DNA of 64,000 bases from the human T2T-CHM13v2.0 reference genome, Homo sapiens, in the NCBI RefSeq assembly GCF_009914755.1, contig NC_060927.1, one strand, 5' to 3'. Position numbers and translations under genes: made by a program. Positions 23,414 through 49,047 of this stretch are shown one piece after another; the first letter of the stretch is position 1, and the number at the start of each line of letters is the position of its first letter. A model generated the notes under the pieces. The model made no database searches. It had not been told where the DNA came from and worked only from the letters and a program-made list of their open reading frames with translations.

Positions 23414-23657
23414 TCATATTTTTTGGTTCATTTAAAAATTTTTTATTGTCATATAATATACACAATAAAGTGTACCAATCTTAAGTGCTCCATGAACTTT
23501 TACATATGAAAACACCTTTTAACCACAATTCGGTTAAAATTATCTGAATATATGCAGCAGCCCAGAAGGTAATATGAGGTGTGTTTTCAGTAAATACTGT
23601 CATCCAAAGTAACTAATATTTATTTTTCCACCCAAATGTAGATGGACATTGGATTAA

Positions 23658-23927
<270 letters not shown>

Positions 23928-24804
23928 TAGTAGAGACGGGGGTTTCACCATGTTGGCCAGGATGGTCTCGATCTCCTGACCTCGTGATCCGTCCACCTTG
24001 GCCTCCCAAAGTGCTGGGATTACAGGCGTGAGCCACTGGGCCTGGCCCACAGTATACATATTTTCCCCCTACTTGCTTTTTAAATTTTTCCATGTGTCAT
24101 GAATATCATGTCATGGCATACACTGAAAACAAAATTCAGATTCTTGGCATCTACAGAAAAACCTCCTGAACAAAAACCTTTAAGAGTAAAACTTAGAAAT
24201 CCATATTTTTTAAAAGGACCCCAGGGAATTTCGCTGTAAAAAGTAGATTTGAGGCACAGGCCCCGATTAACTCCTGGAGAGCAGAAACTAGAGTCACACA
24301 TATTTTGGATGAACGACTCCTGTGTACTCTTAACTTTGTTAAGTGAATTTTAATGGTTCTGCTTTTTCCTCCATATTGATTATCTAGACCAGATTTTATG
24401 TTTGACTTCTCTGGAGAAATGAGGAGGAAAATCTTGGTCAAAGATAACTTCATTGATGCCATTTTAAACACAAAAGAACTCAGGGATCAATTGAGTGTCC
24501 CTAGAAAATGGGTTGAAACCTTTTTCTCTCCTGCTGTCTTTGTCAGATCATTTAGTTATAAGGTATTAATAACTGAAGCTGGATTGATCAAAACAGAGAT
24601 ATTAGATTTAGTTTTTCACTGTGAAAGCTAAGTGTGTGTCAGGATAGGCACTGTTAAAAAATAAAACCCTCTTATCAGGAAGCTTAAAAAGCACATAGCA
24701 AAGAGAATTTCAGTGGCCCAGAAGAGTCTGGAAAGAAGTAAAAGCACTGGCAAAGATTTACTTTGCAATTTATAGTACATATGAAATTTTTTTTTTTTTT
24801 TTGA

Positions 24805-24915
<111 letters not shown>

Positions 24916-24926
24916 TGAGTAGCTGA

Positions 24927-25267
<341 letters not shown>

Positions 25268-25403
25268 TAACTTTGTGTTTTTAGTGGAGATGGGGTTTCG
25301 CCATGTTGTTCATGCTAGTCTTGAACTCCCGACCTCAGGTGGTCCGTTCTCCTGGGCCTCCCAAAGTGCTGGGATTACAGGCATGAGCTACCTTGCCCGG
25401 CTT

Positions 25404-26429
<1,026 letters not shown>

Positions 26430-27137
26430 TAGCAGAAGTTTTAAAAAGGGGAGAGAATATTGTTAGATCCTTTCCTTCTTCTTTTTCCAGAAATGAAGCA
26501 TTTGGGCTTCCCTCTGTCTTTGTTACATTGTTAAGGGAAGAGCAGAAATAGGTGCCTGAGAGACAGCAGCAGCCCTGGCACCATGTTTCAGGCCTCCACA
26601 AGCTCTGTGCTCATAGATTCTAGTGACCCTGTTTGGCTTCTCAGCCATCCCTTCCCTAGAATGCTAACCAATACAATTTCTTGGGGGGCTCCTTTAATTC
26701 TCAGTGTGGCCCTGGTAGTGGAGGAAGATAGTATGAATTTTTCTTCTTCCTTAAAGAGTTACAGTTAGTTCCTGTTTTGGCTTTTAATTTTTCTTTTTGG
26801 AGTTGTAATCTATATCTTTTCTTTTTTCTTTCCGCTGGTCCCCAAGGCAAATGTCAGGGCAAGAGTAGAACTCCTCTTGCCAAGGATAGCTTCCAGAAGC
26901 TGCTTTTGTTGGCTCCTATATAAGCCGGTTACATAGGTACTTTAAGTTTTTGTTTTTCTCAGCATCATTTCTAGATGTCAGCTTGTTGTTATGTTCCTAC
27001 TGGGCTGTTGCTAATGGTATTCGTACTATCACACAGATCATCCAAGGACAAACTTCACCAACCTGCCTAACCTTATAGAGTGTCATACACCCAACTGCTC
27101 CAGCTAAACAATTCTTGGGAAATTTGGCACCTGTATG

Positions 27138-27140
<3 letters not shown>

Positions 27141-27175
<35 letters not shown>

Positions 27176-27186
27176 AGAGAGAGAGA

Positions 27187-27210
<24 letters not shown>
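27141..27210. repeat. (GA)n(GT)n compound microsatellite
   Basis: Directly visible. Confidence 0.95.
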
Positions 27211-27220
<10 letters not shown>

Positions 27221-27231
27221 AGCAGGGGGCT

Positions 27232-27602
27232 TGTCTGAGTTTGGGCTGCTATAACAAAATGTCATAGACTGAGTGGTGTTCACAACAGACATTTATTTCT
27301 CACAGTTCTGGACGCTGAAAAGTCCAAAATCAAGGTGTTGGCAGATTCGGTTCCTGGTGAGGGCCCTTTTACTGACTTACAAATGGACGCTTGCTCTCTA
27401 CGTTCTCACATGGTTGAGAAGGAGAAAAAGGGGAAAATCTCTGTTGCTTCTTATAAGGGCATCTCTCCCATCATGAGAACCTACACTCCTTGCCCCACGT
27501 AAACCTGATTATGTCACCAAATCGCCATCTCCAAATGGGATCACATTGGGGGTTAGGGCCTCAACACATGGATTTTGAGGGGACACAATTCAGTTCATAG
27601 CA
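27232..27602 (-). mobile_element. MaLR LTR (MLT1A-like)
   Basis: gggctgctataacaaaatgtcatagactg...tttatttctcacagttctgg...ggacacaattcagttcatagca. Confidence 0.8.
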
Positions 27603-28377
27603 GGGCTGTTTAATATAATGTGGTTGTCATCTCCTGGACTCAGAAAACTTGAAGGCAACAATAAATTTAATGTTGATAGAAAATTATTTCAGTCAGCTTT
27701 CCTTGTTTCCTTAAAATAAAAGAGACTTTTAGGAGATGTCTAATGTTCTCTTCCTCACATTTTTACTTTTGATGATTTTTAATGAATGGGGAAGAGTTAC
27801 AGCAACCTTCTCTTTTTTTTCCTCCTGATCCATTGAGAGAGGGCATTTCAATTTTTAAGCCCAAGACAAACATATTTATTTTGTTTTCTTCTCCTGCCCA
27901 GATGGTTAAAGATCATTAGCTTTAGGACATTCAAACATTTTCAGTCAGGACTCATTTTTTTTTTTTTTGAGATAAGGTCTCACTCTGTCATCCAGGCTAG
28001 TGCAGTGGTGCAGTCTTGGCTCACTGCAACCTCTGTCTCTTGGGCTGAAGTGATTCTCGTGCCTCAGCCTCAATCAAGTAGTGGGGATTACAGGTATGTG
28101 CCACCACACCTGGCTAATTTTCCTAATTGTGGTAGAGACGAGATTTTGCCATATTGGCCAGGCTGGTCTCAAACTCTTGGCCTCAAGTGACCCATCCGCC
28201 TCAGTCTCCAAAAGTGTTAGGATTACAGGCGTTAGCCACTGCACCCAGCCTAGGACTCATCTTCTAAAAATTGTTGTTGTTGTTGTTTTGAGACAGGGTC
28301 TTGCTCTGTTGCCTAGGCTGTAGTACAGTGGCACGATCACTGCTCACTGCAGCCTCAACCTCCCCAGGCTCAGGTGA

Positions 28378-29211
<834 letters not shown>

Positions 29212-29786
29212 TAAGTCATAGGTTTATTTTTATTTTATTATACTTTAAGTTCTGGGATACATGTGCAGAACGTGCAGGTTTGTTACATAGGTATACACAT
29301 GCCATGGTGGTTTGCAGCATCCATCAACCCATCATCTACATTAGGTATTTCTCCTAATGCTATCCATCCCGTTGTCCCCCACCCCCCGACAGGCCTTGGT
29401 GTGTGATGTTCCCCTCCCTGTGTCCATGTGTTCTCATTGTTCAACTCCCACTTATAAGTAAGAACATGTGGTGTTTGGTTTTCTGTTCCTGTGTTAGTTT
29501 GCTGAGAATGATGGTTTCCAGCTTCATCCATGTGCCTGCAAAGGATCTGAACTCATTCTTTTTTATTGCTGCATAGTATGGTGTATATATGCCACATTTT
29601 CTTTATCCAGTTTATCATTGATGGACATTTGGGTTGGTTCCAAGTCTTTGCTATTGTAAATAGTGCTGCTATAAACATACGTGTGCATGTGTCTTTATAG
29701 TAGAATGATTTGTAATCCTTTGGGTATATACTCAGTAATGGGACTGCTGGGTCAAATGGTATTTCTGGTTCTAGATCCTTGAGGAA

Positions 29787-31004
29787 TCACCACACTGTCT
29801 TCCACAATAGTTTAACTAATTCACACTCCCACCAACAGTGTAAAAGCGTTCCTATTTCTCCACATCGTCTCCAGCATCTGTTGTTTCCTGACTTTTTAAT
29901 GATCACCATTCTAACTGGTGTGAGATGGTATCTCATTGTGGTTTTGATTTGCATTTCTCTAATGACCAGTAATGATGAGTTTTTTTCCATATGTTTGCTG
30001 TCTGCATAAATTTCTTCTTTTGAGAAGTGTCTGTTTATATCCTTTGCCCACTTTTTGATTGGGTTGTTTGTTTTTTTCTTGTAAATTTGTTTAAGTCCCT
30101 TGTAGATTCTGGATATTAGCCCTGTGTCAGATGGATAGATTGCAAACATTTTCTCCCATTCTGCAGGTTGCCTGTTCACTCTGATGATAGTTTCTTTTGC
30201 CGTGCAGAAGTTCTTTAGTTTAATTAGATCCCATATGTCAATTTTTGCTTTTGTTGCCATTGCTTTTGGTGTTTTAGTCATGAAGTCTTTGCCCCTACCT
30301 ATGTCCTGAATGGTATTGCCTAGGTTTTCTTCTAGAGGTTTTATGGTTTTAGGTCTTATGTTTAAATCTTTAATCCATCTTGAGTTAATTTTTGTATAAG
30401 GTGTAAGGAAGGGGTCCAGTTTCAGTTTTCTGCATATGGCTAGCCAGTTTTCCCAACACCATTTATTAAATAGGAAGTCCTTTCCCCATTGCTTGTTTTT
30501 GTCAGGTTTGTCAAAGATCAGATGGTTGTAGCTGTGTGGCATTATTTCTGAGGCTTCTGTTCTGTTCCATTGGCCCATATGTCTGTTTTGGTACCAGTAC
30601 CAGGCTGTTTTGGTTACTGTAGCCTTGTAGTATAGTTTGAAGTCAGGTAGCGTGATGCCTCCAGCTTTGTTTTTTTTGCTTAGGATTGTCTTGGCTATGT
30701 GGGCTCTTTTTTGGTTCCATATGAAATTTAAAGTAGTTTTTTCCAATTCTGTGAAGAAAGTCAATGGTAGCTTGATGGGGATAGCATTGATTCTATAAAT
30801 TACTTTGGGCAGTATGGCCATTTTCATGATATCGATTCTTCCTATCCATGAGCATGGAATGTTTTTCCATTTGTTTGTGTCCTCTCTTATTTCCTTGAGT
30901 AGTGGCTTGTAGTTCTCCTTGAAGAGGTCCTTCACATCCCTTATAAGTTGTATTACTGAGTATTTTATTCTCTTTGTAGCAATTCTAAATGGAAGTTCAC
31001 TCAT
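29787..31004 (-). pseudogene. L1 ORF2p remnant, 405-aa open stretch (post-RT/C-terminal region), non-functional
   Basis: [28 protein letters not shown] and [18 protein letters not shown] are typical ORF2p motifs; upstream RT is frameshifted. Confidence 0.9.
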
Positions 31005-32117
31005 GATTTGGCTCTCTGTTTGTTATTGGTGTATAGGAATGCTTGTGATTTTTGCACATTGATTTTGTATCCTTAGACTTTGCTGAAGTTGCTCATCAGT
31101 TTAAGGAGATGTTGGGCTGAGACGAGTTTTTGGGGTTTTATAAATATACAATCATGTCATCAGCAAACAGAGACAATTTGACTTTCTTTCTATTTGAATA
31201 CCCTTTATTTCTTTCTCTTGCCTGATTGCCCTGGCCAGAACTTCCAACACTGTGTTGAATAGGAGTGGTGAGAGAGGGCATCCCTGTCTTGTGTCGGTTT
31301 TCAAAGGGAATGAGTGCAGCTTTTGCCCATTCGGTATGATACTGGCTGTGGGTCTGTCATAAATAGCTCTTATTATTTTGAAATATGTTCCATCAATACC
31401 TAGTTTATTGAGTGTTTTTAGCATGAAGGGGTGTTGAATTTTATCGAAGGCCTTTTCTGCATCTATTGAGATAATCATGTGGTTTTTGTCATTGGTTCTG
31501 TTTATGTGATGGATTACTTTTGTTGATTTGCATATGTCAAACCAGCCTTGCATCCCAGGGATGAAGCCGACTTGATCGTGGTGGATAAGCTTTTTGATGT
31601 GCTGCTGGATTTGGTTTGCCAGTATTTTATTGAGGATTTTCGCATTGATATTCATCAGGGATATTGGCTTCAAGTTTTCTTTTTTTGTTGTGTCTCTGCC
31701 AGGCTTTGGTATCAGGATGATGCTGGCCTCATAAAATGAGTTAGAGAGGATTCCCTCTTTTTCTTTTGTTTGGAATAGTTTCAGAAGGAATGGTACCAGC
31801 TCCTCTTTGTACCTCTGGTAGAATTCGGCTGTGAATCTGTCTAGTCCTGGACTTTTTTTGGTTGGTAGGCTATTAATTACTGCCTGAATTTCAGAACTTG
31901 TTATTGGTCTATTCAGGGATTCGACTTCTTCCTGGTTTAGTCTTGGGAGGGTGTATGTGTCCAGGAACTTATCCATTTCTTCTGGATTTTCTAGTTTATT
32001 TGCATAGAGGTGTTTATAGTAGTCTCTGATGGTAGTTTGTATTTCTGTGGGATCAGTGGTGATATCCCCTTTATCATTTTTTATTGTCTCTATTTGATTC
32101 TTCTCTCTTTCCTTATT

Positions 32118-32389
<272 letters not shown>

Positions 32390-32840
32390 ATGGATTCACT
32401 GATTTTTTGAAGGGTTTTTCATGTCTCTGTCTCCTTCAGTTCTGCTCTGTTCTTAGTTATTTCTTGTCTTCTGCTAGCTTTTGAATTTGTTTGCTCTTGC
32501 TTCTCTAGTTCTTTTAATTGTGGTGTTAGGGTGTTGATTTTAGATCTTTCCTGCTTTCTCCTGTGGGCTTTTAGTGCTATAAATTTCCCTCTAAACACTG
32601 CATTAGCTGTGTTCCAGAGATTCTGGTATGTTGTGTCTTTGTTCTCATTGGTTTCAAAGAACTTATTTATTTCTGCCTTAATTTTGTTATTTATTCAGTA
32701 GTCATTCAGGAGTAGGTTGTTCAGTTTACGTGTAGTTTTGTAGTTTTGAATAAGTTTCTTTTTTTAATAGTTTAATATATTTTAATAGCATACTTACAGG
32801 AACAGCACAGCAGACAGACAACATTAAAAACATGTACTTG

Positions 32841-33211
<371 letters not shown>

Positions 33212-33509
33212 CTACTGTGTGATAAAAATGCTACAAACACCATTTAGTTGCTGTCAATAAGAAATTTACTTGTTTTTAAAAAAATGCTAATGCTGGCATT
33301 GTCTAGAAAAATTTAACAGGTTTATTTATAATTATTATAAAGTTGAACTGCTGAAACCTGTTCACTGAAACATTTTAACTTGCATTAATGCTTTACATCT
33401 CCACATTTATATTAAAAATTTACACACAAATGAAAATTGAAAAAATGCCATTACCTGATTTCTATCCCCTATTTTTCCACTTGCAATCATACACTTAGGT
33501 ATCTTTTGA

Positions 33510-33879
<370 letters not shown>

Positions 33880-35019
33880 GAGAATTTTTTTCTTTTTGAG
33901 AATGAAATGTTTCCCATCATAGTGGATTCTTAAGCACGTTTTCCTTGTATGCGGCGTGCTAGCTGGATTTCTTTTGGCATAATAGTTAGCCGTTTGGCAT
34001 GGATAGCACACAGGTTGCTGTCTTCAAAAAGGCCAACCAGGTAGGCCTCACTTGCCTCCTGCAAAGCTCCAATAGCTGCACTCTGGAAGCGTAGATTTGT
34101 TTTCAAGTCCTGAGCAATTTCTTGCACCAGACGCTGAAAGCGAAGTTTGCGAATCAGAAGTTCAGTGGCCTTCTGATAACGTCTGATTTCACGGAGTGCC
34201 ACAGTACCAGGCCTGTAATGATGAGGTTTCTTCACCCCTCCAGTAGAGGGCGCACTCTTGTGAGCGGCTTTTGTACCCAGTTGCTTCCTGGCTGCTTTAC
34301 GGTCGATTTGCAGGCAGTCCGCTTTGTACAAGCCATGGTATAGAGGCTTCCTTATTTACCTCCCTTATCCTTCAGCTGGAGCTCTGCGAGCCAGAGGCAG
34401 CGCTGGCGTTGGAGAGTGATGGCGGCATGGCGGTGCGGCGGCGGCTGCGAACACCTTGAGTGAGTTTCTTAATCCTCAGTTCTAATTTGATTGTACTGTG
34501 GTCTGAGAAACTTTGTTATGATTTCCGTTCTTTTGCATTTGCTGAGGAGTGTTTTACTTCCAATTATGTGGTCAATTTTATTTTTTATTTATTTGTTTAT
34601 TTATTTTTGAGACGGAGTCTCGCTTTGTCTCCCAGGCTGGGGTGCAGTGGCGCCATCTCGGCTCACTGCAAGCTCCGCCTCCCGGGTTCACGCCATTCTG
34701 CTGCCTCAGCCTCCGGAGTAGCTAGCATTACAGGCGCCTGCCACCACGCCCGGCTAATTTTTTTGTATTTTTTTAGTAGAGACGGTGTTTCACCGTGTTA
34801 GCTAGGATGGTCTCGATCTCCTGACCTCGTGATCCCCCCGCCTCGGCCTCCCAAAGTGCTGGGATTACAGGCGTGAGCCACCGCGGCCGGCCTATGTGGT
34901 TCATTTTAGAATAAGTTCTATGTGGTGCTGAGAAGAACGTACATTCTGTTGATTTGGGGTGGAGAGTTCTGTTGATGTCTATTAGGTTTATTTGGTCCAG
35001 AGCTGAGTTCAAGTCCTGA

Positions 35020-35488
<469 letters not shown>

Positions 35489-35949
35489 TAGAGACGGGGT
35501 TTAACTATGTTGCCCAGGCTGAGGACTTATCTTTTAAGGAAGTACAGCTATTTGTTTCTGATTAAATATTTTGAATTAAAAGGTTACTTTTTTTTATATC
35601 AATGGTTTTTTGTAAATCCATGCCTCTATTTAACGAAGAGGACAGTACTAAGAGTTCATACTAAATTATAAACGGGCCGGGTGCAATGGCTAACACCTGT
35701 ACTCCTAGCACTTTGGAAGGCCGAGAGGGGAGGATTGCTTTTGTCAAGGAGTTTGAGACCAATTTGTACAACACAGGGAGACCCCATCACTACAAAAAAT
35801 AAAAACAAAATTAGCTGGGCTTGGTGGCGTGTGCCTGTGGTCCCAGCTACTCAGGAGGCTGAGCTGGGAGCCCAGGAAGTTGAGGCTTCTATGAGCCGTG
35901 ATCAAGCCACTGCACTGCAGCCTGGGTGACAGAGTGAGAACCTGTCTCA

Positions 35950-36060
35950 AAAAATATATATTAATATATAATAAGATATATTAAATATTAAACAATATAT
36001 TATATAATAAATAATAAATAATAATATATAATATGTATATTTATATAATATATATATAAA
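35950..36060. repeat. AT-rich low-complexity tract at an Alu tail
   Basis: Directly visible. Confidence 0.9.
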
Positions 36061-37074
36061 TGAAGAAAAATAAGACTATACAGCTCCAATTTCCTGACAC
36101 ATATCTCACTCTGGGTCACTTTTAGATAGCTTTGGATGGTCTCAGGGTTAGGCGTTTCTGGGATTCAAAAAGATCACTTTTTTCTGTTATTTGTCATATT
36201 TACAATTTTAATAGTAACATGATCATTACTACTGTTTTCTGCATGTTAGATTCTAGGTTCTGAATTTGAGGTTATAAGCGACCTAGAAAATGATAATATT
36301 TAGAGTCGATATAATAATCAGCTTTTGTGTATTTTGTACATTGGGGAGTAAAATCTTGAGTTAGCCATAACCTAGAGTCTAGGACTACCAGTTTTGTCAT
36401 CATTTTCTGATTCTTCTCAGTTCTCTTTGTTTTGCTACACTAGTGTAAATGTATTCCCTTGTTTCAATATAATAACCCCACATGTACATAGGCCCCTCCA
36501 AAACAGACAACATGCAAAAATGTAGAGTTTACGATTCTAAAGTGTTTAAGATTTCTACTCAGATGCTTTGATTTGCTTCCACAATCAGATACTGAATGTA
36601 TCTTCTGTTTAAAGAATAGAGATGAGGAAAATAGCACTGTCTGTGTGTGTATGTGTGTGTGTGTGGTGTGTGCGTGTGTGTGTGAAATAGACTGATGTGA
36701 TGCATTGTGACAACAGGTTGGGTTAATGACATCCTCTTTTTATAAGGACACCAGTCATATTGAATTAAGGCCCATTCTAATGACATTATTTTAACTTAAT
36801 TCTTAAAGACCCAATCTCCAAATACAGTTACCTTGTGAGGTACTGGGGGTTAGAAATTCAACATATGAATTTTGAGGGAACACAACTCAGCCCATGACGC
36901 ACCCATAAAGGTGGAGAAGCAAAGGGAAGAATTTGAAATTACCACCCATTAAAGGCTTACAATAAGGGCCCTACAGATCTAATACTCAGACCTTTGAGAA
37001 AAAGGGGGAGTTGGTCTGGTGCTTATATCTCAGAGCTCAAAAACCTATACCACAGCACAAATTTAAGATGCAAA

Positions 37075-39390
<2,316 letters not shown>

Positions 39391-40087
39391 TGTATTTTTT
39401 TTTTAAATAATGATTGACAGGAGTGTTTAAGGTCTGTCTCAAAACTTATCTCTTCTGGAGGCTGCTACACACCAACCTGTACTTGTACTTTATACTCAGA
39501 AACACTAATGTGCAGTTGCCCTATCAGTAACTTGCTTTGATGGGTAGTTCTACCCACAGACTCTTAGTAGGAACATTAGCAGCTAGCATTTGCCTTCAGC
39601 TTTGCTTCCAGTGACTCTTCTCTTCCTGACAGGATTTTTGCAGCCCCAATAACCTCATATGATATTTAGAGGGTGAGATATTTAGTATTAATTCACAGCA
39701 TTCTCACTAACTGGGTCAATGGAAAGAAGTATGGACAAGGAATACAGTCTTGCTGAAATTGTGCTGCCGCTAAGTAGACACACATAGAGGTAAAGCGCTC
39801 ACTGCATGGTAATGGTCTGTTCTCAGCTTTCTAGTATTGCATTGTCTTCTGTAATTGTGCAGTATCTTCTGCCTGGAAATCTTCCAACTCTCCCACAAGA
39901 TATTTTATTTTACAACATCCATGTAAAGAAAAGTTAAAATAGTCATGACTTGCTAACCTCAATAAGGTCAACAACAGGTTTTTAAAATCTTTCTTTCTCT
40001 TTCCTTATCTCTGCCATTGTTAAATAATTCAGGAAATACCTAGCGAGGGCTTAGTGCGGGGCACACTTAGCTGTCATGTACGTCTAC

Positions 40088-40250
40088 AGCCTTGTTATTC
40101 AAAGGGTATTTAGTGGAGGACAGTCTCTGCATCGGCTGGGAGCTTATTAGAAATGCAGAGTCTTAGTTCTCCTCCAGACATACAGGATCAGTTTCTGCAT
40201 TTTAACAAGATCCCTTGGTGATTTGTATGTACATTTAAGAAGCTGTGTTC
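40088..40250. mobile_element. MER5-type hAT-Charlie MITE
   Basis: ctgggagcttattagaaatgcagagtct...tctgcattttaacaagatcccttggtgatttgtatgtacat. Confidence 0.75.
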
Positions 40251-40646
40251 TGGAGAATTCTTCTTAGCTCTACCACTTAAATACTGCCATGACTTTGAGA
40301 AAGAGACTTCACTTCTTTAAGTCATTAACAAATGAGGGGTGTGGGAGTAATAGTAGAACCCACCTCATATTTGTTGGGAGGATTTAGTGAGACAAACCTT
40401 CTAAAATCCTTAACATACTAGCTACTAAGTGCTTTTAAAAAATTACCCTTTATTATTATTATTATTTTGTAGTTGAAAGAAAAAACACTTTTTAAATAAA
40501 ACATCGATCATAGGCACTTCCTCTCTAGTTTATTTATGTGTTCATAATGACGGCAGAGAGACATTATTGCAACAAACATGAAAAATAAATATGACACTTG
40601 ATCCCGAATTAGAACTTGAAGAAGAAAGGAAATGAGGGAAAGGGAA

Positions 40647-41651
<1,005 letters not shown>

Positions 41652-42269
41652 GGGAATATGTTTGTTGATGCTGTTGTTATTCTTCCTGTAAGTGACACTA
41701 TTGGACATTTGAATTTAAGTGATATAGAATTTGATAATGATGAATCTCTTCCAGGTGAAAAGCTGAACAAAAACTTTCAGAAGAGGACTGGATGTATTTA
41801 AGGGCTTTAAACAATAATAATGTTGCTATCCAGAGACTGCTGTTGCTGATACCCCCTTCCTTTTGCTCAGTTTCCTCAAGAAAGGGTCTCTGGGTGGCTG
41901 GCTACCTTGGACCCCCTAACTAATAAGCTCCAGGTTATACTTGTTCCACTCAAGTCTATTTATTTTATTATTATTCTTTCCTTAGGGACGGGTCGCATTA
42001 TGTTGCCCAGGCTGGACTTGAACTTCTGGGCTCGAGCAATTCTCCCACCTCAGCCTACCAAGCAGCTGGGACTACAGGTCTGCACCACTGCACCCCACCC
42101 ATTCAAGTCCACATCCCCAGAAACGAGGATAATGCTTGGCACAAGGTAGGCATTTAATACATATATGTTGAATGTATGAATAAATATACTGGCTCTTTCT
42201 CAAGGCCAGAGAAGCCTCTCTTCATCTTCCCAGGACTTCCATTACCTACTTTTTTTCTGGAGGGCGGGG

Positions 42270-46084
<3,815 letters not shown>

Positions 46085-46282
46085 TGAAACCCTATGAGAA
46101 ACCCTGAGCCAAAACCACCCAGCTAAGCTACTCCTGGCTTCCTGACCCTCAGAAACTATGTGGAATCATAAATGTTTGTTGTTTTTAGTTACTAAGTTTT
46201 GGATAAAATGATATGCTGTGATAGATAACTAATATACACTGGCTTAAAGTGAATATGCCTTGTAATTTTCTTCATATATAAA

Positions 46283-47080
46283 TTTTTAATAATTTCAACT
46301 ATTATTTTATATTCAGAGGGTACATGTGTAGGTTTGTTACCTGGGTATATTGCATGATGCTGAGGTTTGAGGTATGTATGATTGATTCCATCACCCAGGT
46401 ACTGAGCGTAGTACCCAATAATTAAATTTTCAACCCTCCCCTCCAATAGTCCCTAGTGTGTATTGTTACCGTCTTTATGTCCGTGAGTACCCATCGTTTA
46501 GCACCCACTTACAAGTGATAACATGCTGTATTTGGCTTTCGTGTTTCTGTGTTAATTCACTTAGTGTAAGGCCTCCAGATGCATCCATGTTGCTGCAAGG
46601 GAAATTATTTTATTCTTTATTATGGCTGTGTAGTATTCCATGGTGTATGTATGCCACATTTTCTTATTCCAGTCCATGATTGATGGGAACCTAGGTTGAT
46701 TCCATGTCTTCACTATTGTGAATAGTGCTGCAATTAACATACAAGTGCATGTGTCTTTTTGGTAGAATTAATTATTTTCTTTTGGGTATATACCTAGTAA
46801 TGGGAGTGCTGTGTTGGCTGGTATAGTTCTAAGTTCTTTGAGAAATCTACAAACTGCTTTCCACAGTGGCTGAACTAGTTTATATTCCCACCAACAGTGC
46901 ATAAGCTTTCTCTTTTCACTGTAGCCTCACCAGCATCTGTTATTTTTTGATATTTTAGTAATAGCCATTCTGACTGGTATGAGATGGTATCTGGTGTGGT
47001 TTTGATTTGTATCGATTTGTATTTCTCTGATGACTAGTGATGTCGATCATTTTTCATTAGTGACGGTGAGCATTTTTAGT
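46283..47080 (-). mobile_element. L1PA15/16-like 3' fragment
   Basis: gagggtacatgtgtaggtttgttacctgggtatattgcatgatgctgagg...ttccatgtcttcactattgtgaatagtgctgc. Confidence 0.8.
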
Positions 47081-48055
47081 TATTTCAGTATATATATGTT
47101 ATATAAAATATATATTTTTTGTTTGGTGTTCATTGAGCTCCTTTGATCTGTGGGTCTTTTTTTTTTTTTCTATTGCTTTCTTCAAGTTCACTAACTTTTT
47201 CTTCTGCAGTGTCTGGTGTTAATTTAATCTGGCACATTTTTTCCAGAGACTGCATTTATTATCTCTTGAAATCAGTTTGTGCCTTTTAAGTATTTTAGCA
47301 TGCTTACCATTTACCATACTCTTTACCATGCTTACCATTTACATTCTTTTATATGGAGTATGTTTACAGTAGCTGTTTTAATAACTATTAATTTTATTGT
47401 CTGTGTCATTTCTGTGTCTATTTCCGATCATTAATTTTATCTTTATTATAAATCACATTTTCTTGCTTTTTTGCATGCCTTTTAAATTTTATTGGATGCC
47501 AGATATTTTGAATTTTATGTTGTTGGCTGGGGTTGTTTGCATTCCTTTAAATAGTTTTGGTCTTTTTTTTTTTTGGCAGGCAGTTATCTGGAAACAATTT
47601 TATTTTTTTAAGGTTTGCTTTTAATTTGTTAGGTGGGTCCTAGGGCTAATTCGGCTCTAATACTGAGGCAACACCTTCTGAAAATTCTGCTTGATGCACC
47701 ATGTGTTAACAGGCCTTCCCACACTGGCTAGTGGCAATATGAACTCCTGACCTGTGTGAGCTCTGGTGATTGTTTCACTTGATTCTTTCTGATGTTCTCT
47801 CCCTGGCCCTGGGACGTTTCCTCAAACACATGTGCTAATCAGTGGGCAGCTAAAGAATCAAGGGCAATCCTCTATAGATCTCCGGAGCCTTTGCTCTATC
47901 AGCTCTCTCTTCTCTGGTAATCTGGTCTTTAAATTCTAGCTGTCTTGGTGTCCCCAAGCTCTAAACTTTGTTTCCTCACCTCAGGGAACCCTTGTGGATT
48001 CCCTTTAGGGGCTTCCTTCCTGAGCTGCACCCTGTAAGCTCTCTCTAGGCCGTGA

Positions 48056-48412
<357 letters not shown>

Positions 48413-48858
48413 TAGTGATCCACCCTCCTTGGCCTCCCAAAGTGCTGAGATTACAGGTGTGAGCCACCGTGCCTGGCTCAGATTTTACTTTTCATAGCAG
48501 TTTTAGAATTTCAGAACAATTAAGAAAGTAGTACAGAGTTCCTATATACCCCACATCCAGTTTTCCCTCTTATTGTCTTACATTTGTATGATACATGTCA
48601 TAATTAATGAACCAACATTTACACATTATTATTAGCTAAAGTCCGTAGTTCTTTTTATTTCCTTAGTTTTTACCTATTTTTTTTCTTCTTTTCTTTTCTT
48701 TCTTTTATTTTTTTGAGACGGGTCTTGCTCTGTCACCCAGGCTGGAGTGCAGTGGTGTGATGATGGCTCACTGCAGCCTTGACCTCCCAGGTTCAAGTGA
48801 TCCTCCCACCTCATCCTCCTGAGTAGCTGGGACCATAGGCACACACCACCACACCTAA

Positions 48859-49047
<189 letters not shown>

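Noticed and set aside
34426-34428. Upstream ATG in Kozak-like context (ccgccATG, minus strand) that might rescue the H3.3 frame
   Set aside because: The distance to the stop is 499 nt, not a multiple of 3, so it is out of frame with the histone-fold ORF.
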